A DNA stretch of 64,000 nucleotides from Podarcis cretensis (GCA_951804945.1 OX638157.1:31372001-31436000); one strand, 5' to 3'; counted from the first letter of the stretch, positions 48,771 through 62,205 are shown. The notes: a model not told the origin generated them from the sequence alone. Made by a program: numbers and translations.

Positions 48771-51003
48771 ACTAAGGAGCTTAACTCATAAAATGATTGT
48801 TCATAGGCAGCTGCAACAACCTTGTTACATTTATTGTTGCAAAGTAAATTAATCAAGCCATTAACTTCACCATCAGCATTGTTTACTGTAACCCCAGATG
48901 TCATACACAAAAGCAATAATGCCTCATTGTATTGCATCCCAACATATGGCAGATTATTTCATACCATCATCAATGCACATTCACTGTAATAAAGAACAAA
49001 AATTACAAGCCAGCCAAACATTCCACACTGACAAGAATCTTCTGTTCCAGCATAGATTTCAATACAATTTCACTCCTATATATAAGCAAGCTTATCTAAT
49101 CTTTCCCCTAAGATATCATTCACAGAGCAACTGTAAATCGATTTGAAATGGCAAACCCCTATTCAATCCTCAAATAGATCTGCAGGTGCAAAATATATGT
49201 TTGATGGCAGTCTTTGAAGTTTTAGTGGTAAAACTATAAGAGATTGGATTCTCATTTTTTGTCTCTGTCAGAAAGTGAAGCCTAACAGTTCACAGGAAAG
49301 TGCCTGGAAGAGGTGTGGGAAAGTTATATCATGCCAGCATTGGAAATGAACTTCAGAAGTTCACAGAAACCCACCACAAACTGGAGGTGTGTTTTCCAAG
49401 CCCCCTAAATCCAAGCCAGATAATAATTTCTGGTTTCTTCCCTACCCATTCCAAGTATAATAAGTGCAAAGACAGCCATTACAGTCTTGGGCCAGGGGAA
49501 AAGGGAATCAGTTGCCCCTAATGTTTTGTGGGCAATATAACTGAAAGTTGTAAAAATCAGAGAGGCATCCCTAGGAAGAAACATACCAAATTGCAGGCAA
49601 ATAAATCTATGGGCTTTTGTACCAGGTACCTTTAAAGTTGATTTGTAGGAAGAAGCACCTGGATTTGAGAGCACTGAATTTGAAAGTGCTAGTAAAATCA
49701 TTCCCTCTGATTACAAGCTGCTAATCACAACTGAGCTCCTTCTCTGTGTCCTCATCCCATTCTCTTTCCTGCATCATCCCACCCTGGTTTTAAGGAATTA
49801 AGGTATACTTAAGACATTACTTTCACTTCCCACAAATACTTGTCTGCAGCATGATGCTGTTGCCTGAATCACTGAGATGTCACAGAAGGATTAACAAGTC
49901 CCTGCTTTGATTTGTACCACCTCCTAGAAGTCTTCCTCCACTTTTGACAAGACCTAAATACCCCTGAGACTTCCCACTTCACCTTGTGATTCATCTGACT
50001 CTGATAAACACAGGCACCTCTGTACCATCTCTATAACCCCCTCCCAATGCTTTTACTTCCACTATATTGATGTTTTCTGACGAATAAGACTGAGGGTGGA
50101 TTGCCTTTTGCTAGAAGACTTCTACTTGGCGAGATTGAAACATGTTTCTTAGTCGGACTGGTTTAATAGTAACAATAAATTACATTGGTAACCATCCATA
50201 AAAATAAGCATAAAGAACCATCAAAACAGTTTATGAATTGCTTGTATACATAGAAAATTTAGCTACTGATTTATGCATACAGTAGAAAAAAAACTATAAA
50301 CCAGCCAAAGCTCAGAGCTTCCAAAACAATTTGTTAATTGTCAGTGCAGGCTTATTGGCACTGTGTGACATAAACACAGATGCAACAGATTAGGTTGAAG
50401 AATCCAGAGCAAGCTGTATATTGGTGTTCATGATTTGAGATAATAATCTCTTAGATATTTAAAGAAATAAACTATGCATGAATCCCCAAAGAGATACATG
50501 GGCCATTGTACTGGTCTGTAGAACTATCAGTCAGTGCACAAGGAAAAGATTACACTCAAGTCTTTTTGGCAACAACCACAAAGAACTTCAGGTTACAGCA
50601 AATGTGAAATCATTCTGCCTACATAAATATTGTGGCTAAAGGAAGGCTGGAAGTGACTATCACTCTGATACAAGCAGATTGCTTTTACCATCACTCTTTG
50701 GCACAGAAGTGTCTGAGGCCCAATTCTTTCCAAGCATAGTCCTCCTGCAGATACATAGCCATAGGTTTCCATTCCTCAGTACCTGCATTTCTGGCCAGCT
50801 TTCCACTCAGCCTGAACTGTCTGTGCTGTGATACATATCAGTACAAAGTTCCATTTTACTATCCATTTATAGTGTCCATCAGTAGTATCCATTTAGTAAT
50901 TGTTTCAGTTGCAGATTATTGAGGTTATATTAACACGAGTAGGTGGAAGGGTGAAAGTAAAAATACACCATCTGGAGTTCTTGATCCTTATAGCAAATAT
51001 GCT

Positions 51004-51050
<47 letters not shown>
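51004..51050. repeat. (CAA)n microsatellite
   Basis: About 15 AAC units. Confidence 0.95.
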
Positions 51051-51051
<1 letters not shown>

Positions 51052-51771
51052 AATATGCATCATGAAGGATCCTAAAAACAGAACTTGACAGAATGTACTC
51101 TTCTCCTAATGGTTTTAGAGAGGGTGTTGAACAAAGCCCTCACAAGGCTGCTTGCTGGAAGATAGAAGCTGCCTTTTGTTTTATCCTAGGGCATTAGCAC
51201 AAACCAAGTGGCCTATTGCCTCACATTTGCAGAAGACTCCAGGGATGGTGGTTGCCTTTCCTGAAAGGAATTGCTTGGCTCTGCTGTGGAGAAAGGAGGA
51301 AATTCAGATGCAGAGCTTGCAAAGCAGCTGCTCTCCTCTGCTGGCTCAGCTCAGAGTGTCATGTGTCAGGACCCTGCATAAGGCATTATTGTTCACAACT
51401 AGGGTGGGGTGGGGGAACTGGGACTAATGTTTAAAAGCCCACAGCACTTGAGCTTCCAACAGGGCCTGTGTTTGCATGCACACACACCACATGCAATGCC
51501 AGCAAATGTCTGTGTCAGACATAGTATATCTGCATCTTACAGGAGCATTCCTCAGACCATTTCCCCCATAGGCGACCTGTTTAAGTAGGTGAGGACTACA
51601 GTCTTGTACAGAATTCAACCAGGATTGCTGCCCTAAACCTTATAAGGAGTAGAACCCACTGTTAACATTTTGGGGGTCCTGTCACTGGTGGACTTTGTCT
51701 CCTAGCACAGGAAATGGCAACCAGTTCAACTTAACTCCTCTGTTTTATGAATAGTTAGAATCATAGAATCA

Positions 51772-53394
51772 GACTTCCGGGTTGGCGCCATCGCCGAATG
51801 GCGGACTCCCTCCGAGTTCCGGAGGGAGCCTGCTCGGCATGGGCTGGGTTCTACCGCGCCGGCGACGCGGGGACCCTCAAAAACCATGGGCGCTGAAACC
51901 CATGGGCATGGTGACTCGGCGGGCACCATTTGCGCCCCCCCCGACCCGCGAAGGAGCCTTTTTAAAGGCTGCGGAGCGGGTGACAGGGGGTGGTGGTGCT
52001 GTGAGTCCTCCGCTTCCCCTGCCGAGCGAAGCCGCATGCCATTCGACGGAGAGCGCTGACTTCTTCCATTGAAAACTTGGTCTTTAAAAGAATAACCCGT
52101 GAGTAATTGGAACTTGGATTTAAAAAGGGGAAAAATTCTATTTAAATTCGGAGCGAGCGGGGGAGGTGCAAAAAGGAAGTCAGCCTCCCCCCTGTTGTAG
52201 AGGAGCTAAAGCAAAGGATTTGACAACTAAGATCGAGTGTAACCTTTTTTTGATAAAGTTATTAATTTCGCGATGGAAAATTATAAGACTGGGCTGGAGG
52301 AGAAAAGTGGAATGTGAATTAAAATGCAACCCCCCCCCCGGAAACCCCGGGAGCGATCTGAAAGAGCGCCGGGAGAGGAGAAATAGAGGTTTTGACAGCT
52401 GTCAAAGGAGCTGTCAAAGCGGAAGAACAAAAAGAGAAATTTGTTACGAGGACTTTGCTGGCCACATTTGTTACAAATTGGATATAAATTGTTTAAAACA
52501 AGGAATAATAAGTTACTTTGACTGTTGGGTGTGATTGGGAAGGAAACTGAGTTACTATAATCCCTCTAGAGGAGCTGTGGGACACTACAAGTATTGTTGG
52601 CATCGAATTTGAATAGGACTTTTTATCGCCTGGGAAACTGCAGAAATGGAACACTATTTTGTCTACAGAGGTCTACACACTAAAGGAGACAATAGATTTA
52701 TCTATTGAAGAATGGAAGGGACTTGACGTAATGTTTTGTTCCTGAATAACAAAGCCTCTGCAGAGGAATTAGAAGCTTTTTGGAATTAGAACATTTGTGC
52801 AGGAGAGCAGGGGGAAAAAAAATAAGAGGAGGAGAGAGAACAACAAGAACAATAAGAATAACAAGAACTGGACAAAGTTGGAAGATAGACTCCTTCCAAG
52901 ATTGGACATGTGAAACCAAAGATGACCAAAAGATGGCAAAGACTAATAAAAAGACGGCAAAGCGGACTGGTGAAGGACTGTGGTTTAGATGTGGGAGCTC
53001 CAGGATGACAGTAGACATTGATGGACATTGGGAACGCAACCGGGAAAGGGGGAAGGGAAATTTGGAATCCAAAGGGTGTTAAATTACATTTTATTCTTTT
53101 TTTTATCTTTCTCTTTATCTTAATCTGTATTGCATATTAAAGACGGGAACTCGTGGAAGGGAACAGGTCGATTTTAGGGGATGGGAAAATATTTTTTTTT
53201 AAATTGGGCCAATGATAATAATTTTAAAATTTGGGGTAAGAATTTGTTGAATCTATTTGAAAGAATTGGAATACAAGAGGGGGAGGGGAGGGGAAGTCCT
53301 GGAAAGATGCCAATGAAAATAAGGTTTTAAATTTGGATGTTTTTCTTTTTCTGTTATATTTGAAAATCTTTAATAAATATTATTAAAAAAAAAA
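51772..53394 (+). mobile_element. Non-autonomous L1-derived retroposon (HAL1-like, 1.62 kb, no intact long ORF)
   Basis: CpG-rich L1-type 5' end GACTTCCGGGTTGGCGCCATCGCCGAATGGCGG; possible decayed ORF1-like segments; G-rich/T-rich 3' UTR, AATAAA and A10 tail; 16-bp TSD TAGAATCATAGAATCA (51756-51771 and 53395-53410). Confidence 0.8.
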
Positions 53395-54171
53395 TAGAAT
53401 CATAGAATCATAGAGTTGGAAGAGACCACAAGGGCCATCGAGTCCAACCCCCTGCCAAGCAGGAAACACCATCAGAGCACTCCTGACATATGGTTGTCAA
53501 GCCTCTGCTTAAAGACCTCCAAAGAAGGAGACTCCACCACACTCCTTGGCAGCAAATTCCACTGTCGAACAGCTCTTACTGTCAGGAAGTTCTTCCTAAT
53601 GTTTAGGTGGAATCTTCTTTCTTGTAGTTTGGAACCATTGCTCCGTGTCCGCTTCTCTGGAGCAGCAGAAAACAACCTTTCTCCCTCCTCTATGTGACAT
53701 CCTTTTATATATTTGAACATGGCTATCATATCACCCCTTAACCTCCTCTTCTCCAGGCTAAACATGCCCAGCTCCCTTAGCCGTTCTTCATAAGGCATCG
53801 TTTCCAGGCCTTTGACCATTTTGGTTGCCCTCCTCTGGACACGTTCCAGTTTGTCAGTGTCCTTCTTGAACTGTGGTGCCCAGAACTGGACACAGTACTC
53901 CAGGTGAGGTCTGACCAGAGCAGAATACAGTGGCACTATTACTTCCCTTGATCTAGATGCAATACTCCTATTGATGCAGCCCAGAATTGCATTGGCTTTT
54001 TTAGCTGCCGCGTCACACTGTTGGCTCATGTCAAGTTTGTGGTCAACCAAGACTCCTAGATCCTTTTCACATGTACTGCTCTCAAGCCAGGTGTCACCCA
54101 TCTTGTATTTGTGCCTCTCATTTTTTTTGCCCAAGTGCAATACTTTACACTTCTCCCTATTAAAATTCATC
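53395..54171 (-). mobile_element. Young CR1 LINE, 5'-truncated, with intact 3' part of ORF2
   Basis: ORF 53472-54170 (232 aa, [38 protein letters not shown]) has no disruption; the 3' ~105 bp is identical to the 26141 copy. Confidence 0.97.
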
Positions 54172-54940
54172 TCAATTTGGAGTTACATGACTCCAAAATG
54201 AACTGAGGGAAATGAATACTGCCTGGCATAGCAGAACCTAAAGGGTGGATCTATTCTGTGTGTATCTTTTTAAAAATGAATGAAAAATGAGGTGTTTGGC
54301 CTCCCTCATTTACCTCATGTATGTTTTAATTTAAAATAACATATCATAAGGCTAGAAGTTTCCATTGATTGAGAGAAGGGACTGGATTTTTAAAGTAAGA
54401 TAAATAATAATAATAATAATTTATTTATACCCCACCCATCTGGCTGGGTTTCCCCAGCCACTCTTCAGTGATATATCAAACACTTTTCACTATTAAGAGC
54501 AAAACTGATACAGTAATTCTAGCACTGCTTATTTAGAAAGTATGTTTTCTTAGTCAAATGGGACTAATTCGTTAGTAGGTATGGTGAGGATTACAGTCTG
54601 CAAGATTATAAAATAGCCTCTAATCTTCACTATGATTGATAATTTGAATAAGACTGTTCTGATAAGGACAAGCAGGAAATATTTGAATGAATGCCCATTA
54701 CTCCTTACTGTTATCTTATAACTGAACACTGAAAAAGAGATGATTGTAATGCGAATATGTGTGTTTATAGAATGGGCCCAAGGCCAGCCTGATTTGTTTT
54801 GTGCTGAAATGTTTTTTGGGTGCCAAAATTGGAGCACGAGATAGAGAGGTGTGCCTCGTGAACTTTTATGACATCTTAGTGAATGCTTCCTTAAGCCTCA
54901 TCTTAATGTGAGATAGTAAGGGATCTTGGAATATATCCTT

Positions 54941-55235
54941 TAGTTAGTTAGTTAGTTAGTTATAAAAATATTTATATATCGCTGCATCATTAAAAACAAC
55001 AGCAACACAACAGTTTACAACAATATAAAACCATAAAACCAAACAATAAAATCGTAAGTAGATAAAACCAGTTAAAAGCAAAAACAAATCAATAACGAAC
55101 ATCTCTAGGCCATTTTCTCCTCTTAAGTGCCTGCATAGGTCTGGTGGAATAGAAAAGCTCTCAGCAGGAATTTTAAAGTTGGCACAGAAGGCGCTCACTG
55201 AATCTCTATTGGCAGGGTGTTGATGTCAGTCATCA
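54941..55235 (-). mobile_element. L2 3' end relic with (TAAC)n tail
   Basis: (TAGT)n followed by ATATTTATATATCGCTGC and an A-rich UTR, then AAAGCTCTCAGCAGGAATTTTAAA..TGGCAGGGTGTT. Confidence 0.6.
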
Positions 55236-56566
55236 AGCTGACATATAAGGACTCAGGCATCTGGGAGGTATCCTGGACATTTCCCTGCTCAGCCAAATTG
55301 AACACAGCTATTGTCTTTATAATGCCTGACATTCTAAGCCAGGAGTGGGCAGACTTCCGGATTACAGAATATGCTTTGTTTTTTGTTAGAATTCCTAGGC
55401 CCACCAATCAGAGTTAAGTGTAAAATAGTGGCTTCTGTATGTGAAGAACATGAAGGGATTAAGGAACCGGGTGCCACTGGCCATTTTGTTTTCAGTCCCC
55501 CAGGTGAGCTTACAGACCTGTCACACAAAAACTCACTCCTGGTTCCAACAAAAACGTTATTCATTTCAGTAGCCTAACTTAGAAGGAAAGAAAATGGGAT
55601 TCTTGGAGTTAAATGACTGGGAGTCGGAAACGCTCCAGGATCTATTGCAAATCACACAGAAATCTACCAATAGATCTTGATCTGCATTCTGCCCACCTCT
55701 GTTCTGAGCAATACAGGGCAGGCTTGCTTGTAAGCCAGGCCCTTTGAAAATGCTTGTACTTGGCTGAATATCCTAAAGTTGACAACTGATAAAGAGCCTA
55801 AAAGCTCGACATCAATACACCGTTACACTGCCATCATTGTATAGCTCTTAAAACCCAACAGCCCGATTACAGTGGCTGTGAAATAAAGGTTTTTCATTAA
55901 CGTGAAAGATGACTGAAAGCAGTTTCCTATAAAGGTAAAATACCCTATGGTGCAGGAATTCACAGCCGACACACACAAGAAGACCTTTGTTTGGTGTGTA
56001 TGTGAGACAGAGAGCGGGGGTGCGGTGCAGGGGGGAGGGAGAGAGCAAGAGAGGAAAAAATGTTAGCATTAAGTTATTTAATAAGCGAACTTCTTAGAAA
56101 CATGGCATAATGATAAGCACATCTCAAACACCACTTAGTTTGTGTGTTTTTTAATCCCTTTGGAGTCTGTTAGCGCTTCTTCCTTAACTGTGAGGAAGAT
56201 ATAAATCAGGGAAGGCTACCTTCTGTTTAGATGAAATAAGGATGGATTTTACAGTTAATGTTAGTGTGATATGTACTTGCTTGGTGTGTGGGAATGAAAA
56301 CAGAAGCCCCGTGGCTCCTAAAATAGGTTCATTCTTATATACATTTTGGGTTTAATCTCAAAGCATTTATTTTAGGCAATGCAGATAAATGTTGACTGAC
56401 TGTGAAGAACTAGATGGTTCTATAATTTTTTTTTGTAAAAAACATATCCTGCAGAAACAAAGGTTATAGAGACACCCAAAATGCCATCTCTTCACTAACC
56501 CTGAAGGTGGCCCAACACTTTAGCCAGGTTATAGGTTTTATTTTTCACAAATGGCCTGTGTATACT

Positions 56567-56697
56567 AGGGATTGGGAACCTGTGGCTCTTTGAATGGTGT
56601 TGGACGCAAATACACATCAGCCCCATTGAGAATGGCCAGTAGTCAGGGGTGGTGAGGGCTGTAGTCCATCTGGAAAGCTTCAGGCTACCTATCCCTG
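56567..56697. mobile_element. hAT-type palindromic MITE (GGACTACAACTCCCATC family); other copies near 3627, 5960, 12440 and 58279
   Basis: AGGGAT.GGGAACCTG...CAGGCTACCTATCCCTG imperfect TIRs. Confidence 0.6.
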
Positions 56698-59045
56698 GTA
56701 TGTGCTGACCAGTGGCAGAATAGCTTAGGAAATAGTACAGGGTCTGAGGCCCTTTTGTGCAAATTAAAACCTCTAAGCCAGCTCAAAATAGTTGTGACTA
56801 ACTTCAAAACCCTAATCATGTCACTCAGAAGAAAGGCCTATTGAATTCAATGGGGCTTACACTGAGGTAACTGGGTTTCAGATTGAAGCCCCCATTGCAA
56901 TAGATCTGAAGTTATTTGTGGCTAATTTGTCCCCTTGGTTTCAGGGGAACTGAACTCATAATTAAGTTTATCTAGATCAATGTCCCCTGGGACACAGCTG
57001 TGTTATCAGAAGGGCTTTGTGGAGGGTGGGGATATTGTCACCTTACCCTTCACTAATATCTTTCCTTATATACAGAACAAATTTCATTGACCTAAATAAA
57101 GTGTATGTTCTCTCTCCCCCCCCCCTTTTTTTCACTTCCCCATGGCTTAGAAATAGAATGGCTATTATGGACTGAAATTATATTAGCAAGAAAATATGAT
57201 GAACTGCTGACTTAATCTATAATGACAAATGCCACATTGATGTGATGGTGGGATATAGCCTGCCTGACCTCTGGGTCACAGGTTACAATTCAGTACTGGT
57301 CAATACTGATCCCTAATTAGAGACTTTGGTTGCTGTTGTTGTTTCCACACAGAGACAAATTACAAAACAGATGTGGATACAACAGGGTACCCTTCCTTAT
57401 ATGCGTGTAGTACCTGAAGCTCAACGGTAACCTCATATTGCTGCTAACAATGAAATAAGACAAGCAACGCCGTAGGACTCCTAAACGATTAGCTTTAGAG
57501 ATCATAATAACCACAAGAATGAATTTCCATCCATAAACCTTTCTGCCCTTGATTATATTGCGCCAGATTTGACACTGGTAGACATGAAGAATCATTCCGT
57601 TGAAGCCTGGCAGTTGAATGCTAAACTTATTTTGCTTGAAAGCCTTGCTTCTTGTGTTAGGTGGGGTCATTTCCCATTAGGTGTAGGAGTACATCCATTA
57701 GGCCCTATTCACAACATACGTTCCACTGATCTCAGCAAAGGAAACGGGCAAAAGTTGAGTTTGTAATCCCCTTAAATATTCTGTAAAATAAGAAACATAA
57801 CTTGCACACATAAAAGGAGCTCTGTTCTGATTGGCCATCAGCAATGATTTAGCCTGACATTTGTGAACGTAAGCATGGCAGAGCACGCAGAAGAGGCATT
57901 TATACAGCCCCAGACTTCATTAGTTTTTATTAAAGACAGGACTGCTTTTGGCAACCATTTTATTTTCTTAGGAAAAGATTAGCTGTACTGTATGTACATA
58001 AAAGATGTAGCTGCTGCTTGGCGAAAACCATTGTGTGCTAGGAATGGAGTGCATCAAGGAATGGTTGTGTCTTGCTGCTTCCAAAGCTAAACTCACCGTG
58101 GTCTTCAGTGTGAGCTTCATATCTGGATTCTGATTAAAAATGTCACCACCTGAAACCAAGAATAAACTAACCTGAGAAAATAAACTCAGCCAGCTTCTAT
58201 ATTTGATGTATATAAATCAATTAATCAGTTACATGGCAATGGGTTGGTTCATACTCCGCATGCTCTATAATATCTAAACCAGAGGTGGGGAAATGGTTGA
58301 TGTACTACAATTCCCATCATGGAGTCCAACACCTGGTCCATGGGTTACTCACTTCTGTTTATAAGACTTTTGTTAAGGGTGCACAATGCTTTTCTCTCGA
58401 GGGAGACATTCCCTCAGGGGCAAACTGATACACGTGCTAATACAATGCACCTGGATGGCTGAATATGGCACAATTGCGTTTTTAAAATGTGCAGTTTTAG
58501 CATTCTCTATATCTTTCTCCTAATTTTGTTTTAAGAAACTTCCTTCAAGTGCACACAATGTGTATTTCATGAGGCTGCTTTTCAACCCGAGAGGTAATGC
58601 CCATGCTGCTGGTTTCATACATATTAAAGGACTTTACTTGGCAAAACTGGGTTAGTGTTAGGCTTTTGTGTGTCTGTCTTTAGGGATGGGCAGCAGATGG
58701 GCAAAGGCTGCTCAGCATCGAGCAAGAAAAGATAGTTGTGCAGCTACTGTCTACACAGAACAACCTTGATTAGCCCAATAGTATGAGAGCTCCAGAACCA
58801 ATCTGCATAATGGAAGATTGGATAATGGAAGCAGTTTCTACCCTAAGAGCCTCTAAGGATGACTCTATTCTGAAAGGGGAGGTATGTGAGACAAAGAATA
58901 TAAAAATCGTAAACATGACATGGATGAAATACAGCATACTGGATAATAATAATAAATAATATTTTTTTAAAAATAGATTTTATTTCCTTTAGAACCGTCT
59001 TCATTAATTTTTCAGTCTTGTTTGAAAAATTTAGCCAGCCTCATT

Positions 59046-59047
<2 letters not shown>

Positions 59048-59084
<37 letters not shown>
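59048..59084. repeat. (TG)n microsatellite
   Basis: About 18 TG units. Confidence 0.95.
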
Positions 59085-59086
<2 letters not shown>

Positions 59087-59467
59087 TATAAATTTATATA
59101 ATCTTTCAGACAAATGTCTAGGACATACGGCTTATTGAAATTGCTGCTGTAATTAACAGTATATCATTTACTTCCAACAAAGAGAGATGATCTTTTTTTG
59201 TGGTGATTCCTTGAAGTTTTTGTAATTGAAGTGATTCATTAGAACCGTACCATTATTTAAATTTAAAATTTACCCAGGCATGCCAGGGGTAAGGCTTCAA
59301 AAGATTGTTTTCTTTTTTTCAAAGAATATATATTTAAAGCACTAAAGAACATAGTGATGAATATGCAAATCATTTCTCCCCTTAAATAAAAAAAAAACAC
59401 AACCACCCACATTTTCAGATCAAATGGTTGTTTGCATAAGCTACACTGTGGAAAACCTAAATGACAC

Positions 59468-59486
59468 TAGCGGCCTCTAGTGTTAC
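59468..59486 (-). promoter_or_regulatory. Candidate CTCF binding site
   Basis: Minus strand GTAACACTAGAGGCCGCTA compared with the CTCF core CCACYAGRKGGCRCTA (2 mismatches); lies in unique DNA. Confidence 0.4.
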
Positions 59487-59739
59487 ATGTCTCTTCATAG
59501 ATGCTCCAGAAATGTGATCCAAAGCCCTAAGGGACAAAAAGAAGCAATTAAAGACTTTGCATTTTCACATCAACATGTAGATGAATCAAATATTGTGCTC
59601 AGATCAGCTTTCCATATGATTTACCAAAGGCAAATTAAAGGTTAATTAAGAAGAATTAATGTGTGCTCTGCAGAGGCTGCAAGAAAGTAGAGGGAAAGAC
59701 CAGAGTTTTCCTGAAGGCCCAGCTGTATAACTAGAGGCT

Positions 59740-60128
59740 GGGATGCGGGTGGTGCTGTGGTCTAAACCACTGAGCCTAGGACCTGCTGATCAGAAAGTCG
59801 ACGGTTTGAATCCCTGCGACGGGGTGAGCTCCCGTTGCTCTGTCCCAGCTCCTGCCAACCTAGCAGTTCGAAAGCACACCAGTGCAAGTAGATAAATAGG
59901 TACCATTGTGGCGGGAAGGTAAATGGTGTTTCCGTGTGCTCTAGTTTCCGTCACCGTGTTCTGTTGCACCAGAAGTGGTTTAGTCATGCTGGCCACATGA
60001 TCCGGAAAGCTGTCCGTGGACAAACTCTGGCTCCCTTGGCCTGAAGCGAGATGAACCCTGCAACCCCATAGTCTCCTTTGACTGGACTTAACCATCCAGG
60101 GATCCTTTATCTTTTACCTTTTTACCTG
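59740..60128 (+). mobile_element. Sauria SINE, full length
   Basis: GGGATGCGGGTGGTGCTGTGG head, Sauria core, ACCTTT-like tail; 12-bp TSD TAACTAGAGGCT at 59728-59739 and 60129-60140. Confidence 0.95.
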
Positions 60129-61004
60129 TAACTAGAGGCTACCTGCACACAGGGACTGCTTCAGTTGTCCTTACTAAGACTGGACTGAAATTTCTTCACC
60201 ATCCTGCAATTTACCAAAAATGTGAAACAGAAGAAATCTTTCTACTCTCTCTCTGCGTGTGGTAACAACTTAGCGTAGCTTAATTTTGGAGGTGGCCAGA
60301 GGATTTCCATTTTTCCTTGCTTTTTTATCCTAAGAAATCCCACATTGTTCAAAGAGGTACAAGGCTCTCTCCACAGCTTCCTACTGTCCAACTTCATAGA
60401 ATGCCTTAGGAGTGATTTGATGCTACATGGCATGATCTGTGCCCAAGGCATCCTGGGAAGTGTGGCCAGTGGAAAGCTTTTCAGTGGCTGCACTTCCCAG
60501 AATACCTTGGGACTGTTGCTTTGTTGCTATGACATGGCACCACTCCCAAGGCATTCCAGGCAGTGCAACTGGCAGGAAACCACATTGAGACCATTTTCCC
60601 CCTGTGAGATGCAGGAAACAAGGATACACCCCAGGCACCTTATAAGTAGGAATTGGGGAATCTGGCAATTTTGGTTTGTCTCTCTTTCTCATTTCTCCAA
60701 TTTTGGTTCCGTTCTCCACATCTCCACATGTTTGCTTTTTTGTCTTCCTTTTGAAAGTCCTCGTGAAAATTGCTCAGCGTTTTAGTGCAAAAATCTCCTC
60801 GTATAGACGTTTGTATGCAATCTTGTCTAATTGTTGCACATTTTCTGCAAAGCAGTTTTCCTGACCTGATCCATGCTGACCTGGGGAATAAACAACCAGG
60901 CCCAGACAGCCCATACCCATCAACTGTCCTGGAAAATCGTAATTGTCCTGTATGTAGTGCACAGTGCTAATGTTTAGTCAGGAGGAAGGCCTATTGTGAT
61001 CAAT

Positions 61005-61380
61005 CAGGGCCGTCTTTCCCCAGTAGTGCAAGGGGCGCGACGCACCCAGGCACCAAATTCGGGGGGTGGGGGTGCCAAATGTATACCTACTGTATAATGG
61101 ACCCTCTCAATTGGCGGCAGTGAAAAGCAATGGAGCAAAAGTCCCTGCTCCCCTCCTCTGTCGCTCTGGTACTCCGTAGCCTCAAATATTCCCGACGAGT
61201 CAGGAAACAAAAGCAGTTATTTCCACTGTGTCATTGTTACAGGTGAGTGATTTACCTGCCACAAAAAAGCTGGTTTGGCCCCCCCCTAAAAAATTTGGGG
61301 GTGGCTAAACTAAATTGGGGGGTGCTGGACAGATCTTTGCTCCCTGACGGTGCATATGCTATAACTCCTTGGCAAATATG
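61005..61380. mobile_element. GC-rich non-autonomous DNA transposon (hAT/Harbinger-like)
   Basis: CAGGGCCGTC start, GCACCCAGGCACC and poly-G/poly-C subterminal motifs. Confidence 0.45.
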
Positions 61381-62205
61381 CATAGAATTTCAGCCTTACA
61401 ATGCAATCCTGTGTGTGCTCACTTAAGAGGTAAGAACCATAGCAGAGTCAGTGTGGGATAGTGGTTTTGTGTGTTGAGAGAGGACCTGGGATTGCAGGGT
61501 TCAAATCCCTACTAAACCATGAACTCACTATGTGACTTTAGGCCAGTCACTGTCTCTCAGCCTAACCTTCCTCGCAGGGCTATTGTGAAAGCGGAGAGGG
61601 GGAGAGCCAGCTTGGACTCCTTGGGGGGAAAGGGATATAAATATGAATGATTAACAGCAGCAACAATATTCAATGGGGCTTGCTTCCAGGTAAGTGAGAT
61701 TGCAGCCATAGCATTATGGTAGTTCAATGCAGGAACTTGATATAGCAACACAACTCCTGTATGCCTTCTATAGCAATGAAAGCTTTAGGAATTAAATCAT
61801 TCTAGTTCTCCAAAGGGCTGCTTGCAGTTTAAATGGGCAGGTGGTTAACTTTCCTTAGGAAGTAAGTGGAAGCCATTCTGACACTTTCTGTGCAAGTATG
61901 TAATTGCAGTAATAAAAATGTTAAATAGTGTTGGCCACAGTGTAATTGGTTGTGCCCTTGGTGTGGGACCACCGAGCTGGTGAATGTTATGAATAGAAGC
62001 GTTTCAGGAGGTAGAAGCAGCACTTCCCATACCTTTACTCCTAGATTTCTATTAGTTATTTTTGTGCTAGTCATCTGTAAAAACCACATTTACAGAAGTG
62101 ATTGCCTTTGGCTTCCTTTGTACTGTGTAGAAAACTCTGGGCCTAGTCTGTATTTTTAGATAACAGTTAAGAAAAAGTGCAGGAAAATGCTTATATGCTT
62201 TAAAC

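Noticed and set aside
51772-52070. CpG island as a host gene promoter
   Set aside because: It lies inside the TSD-bounded L1-derived insert and is that element's 5' UTR.
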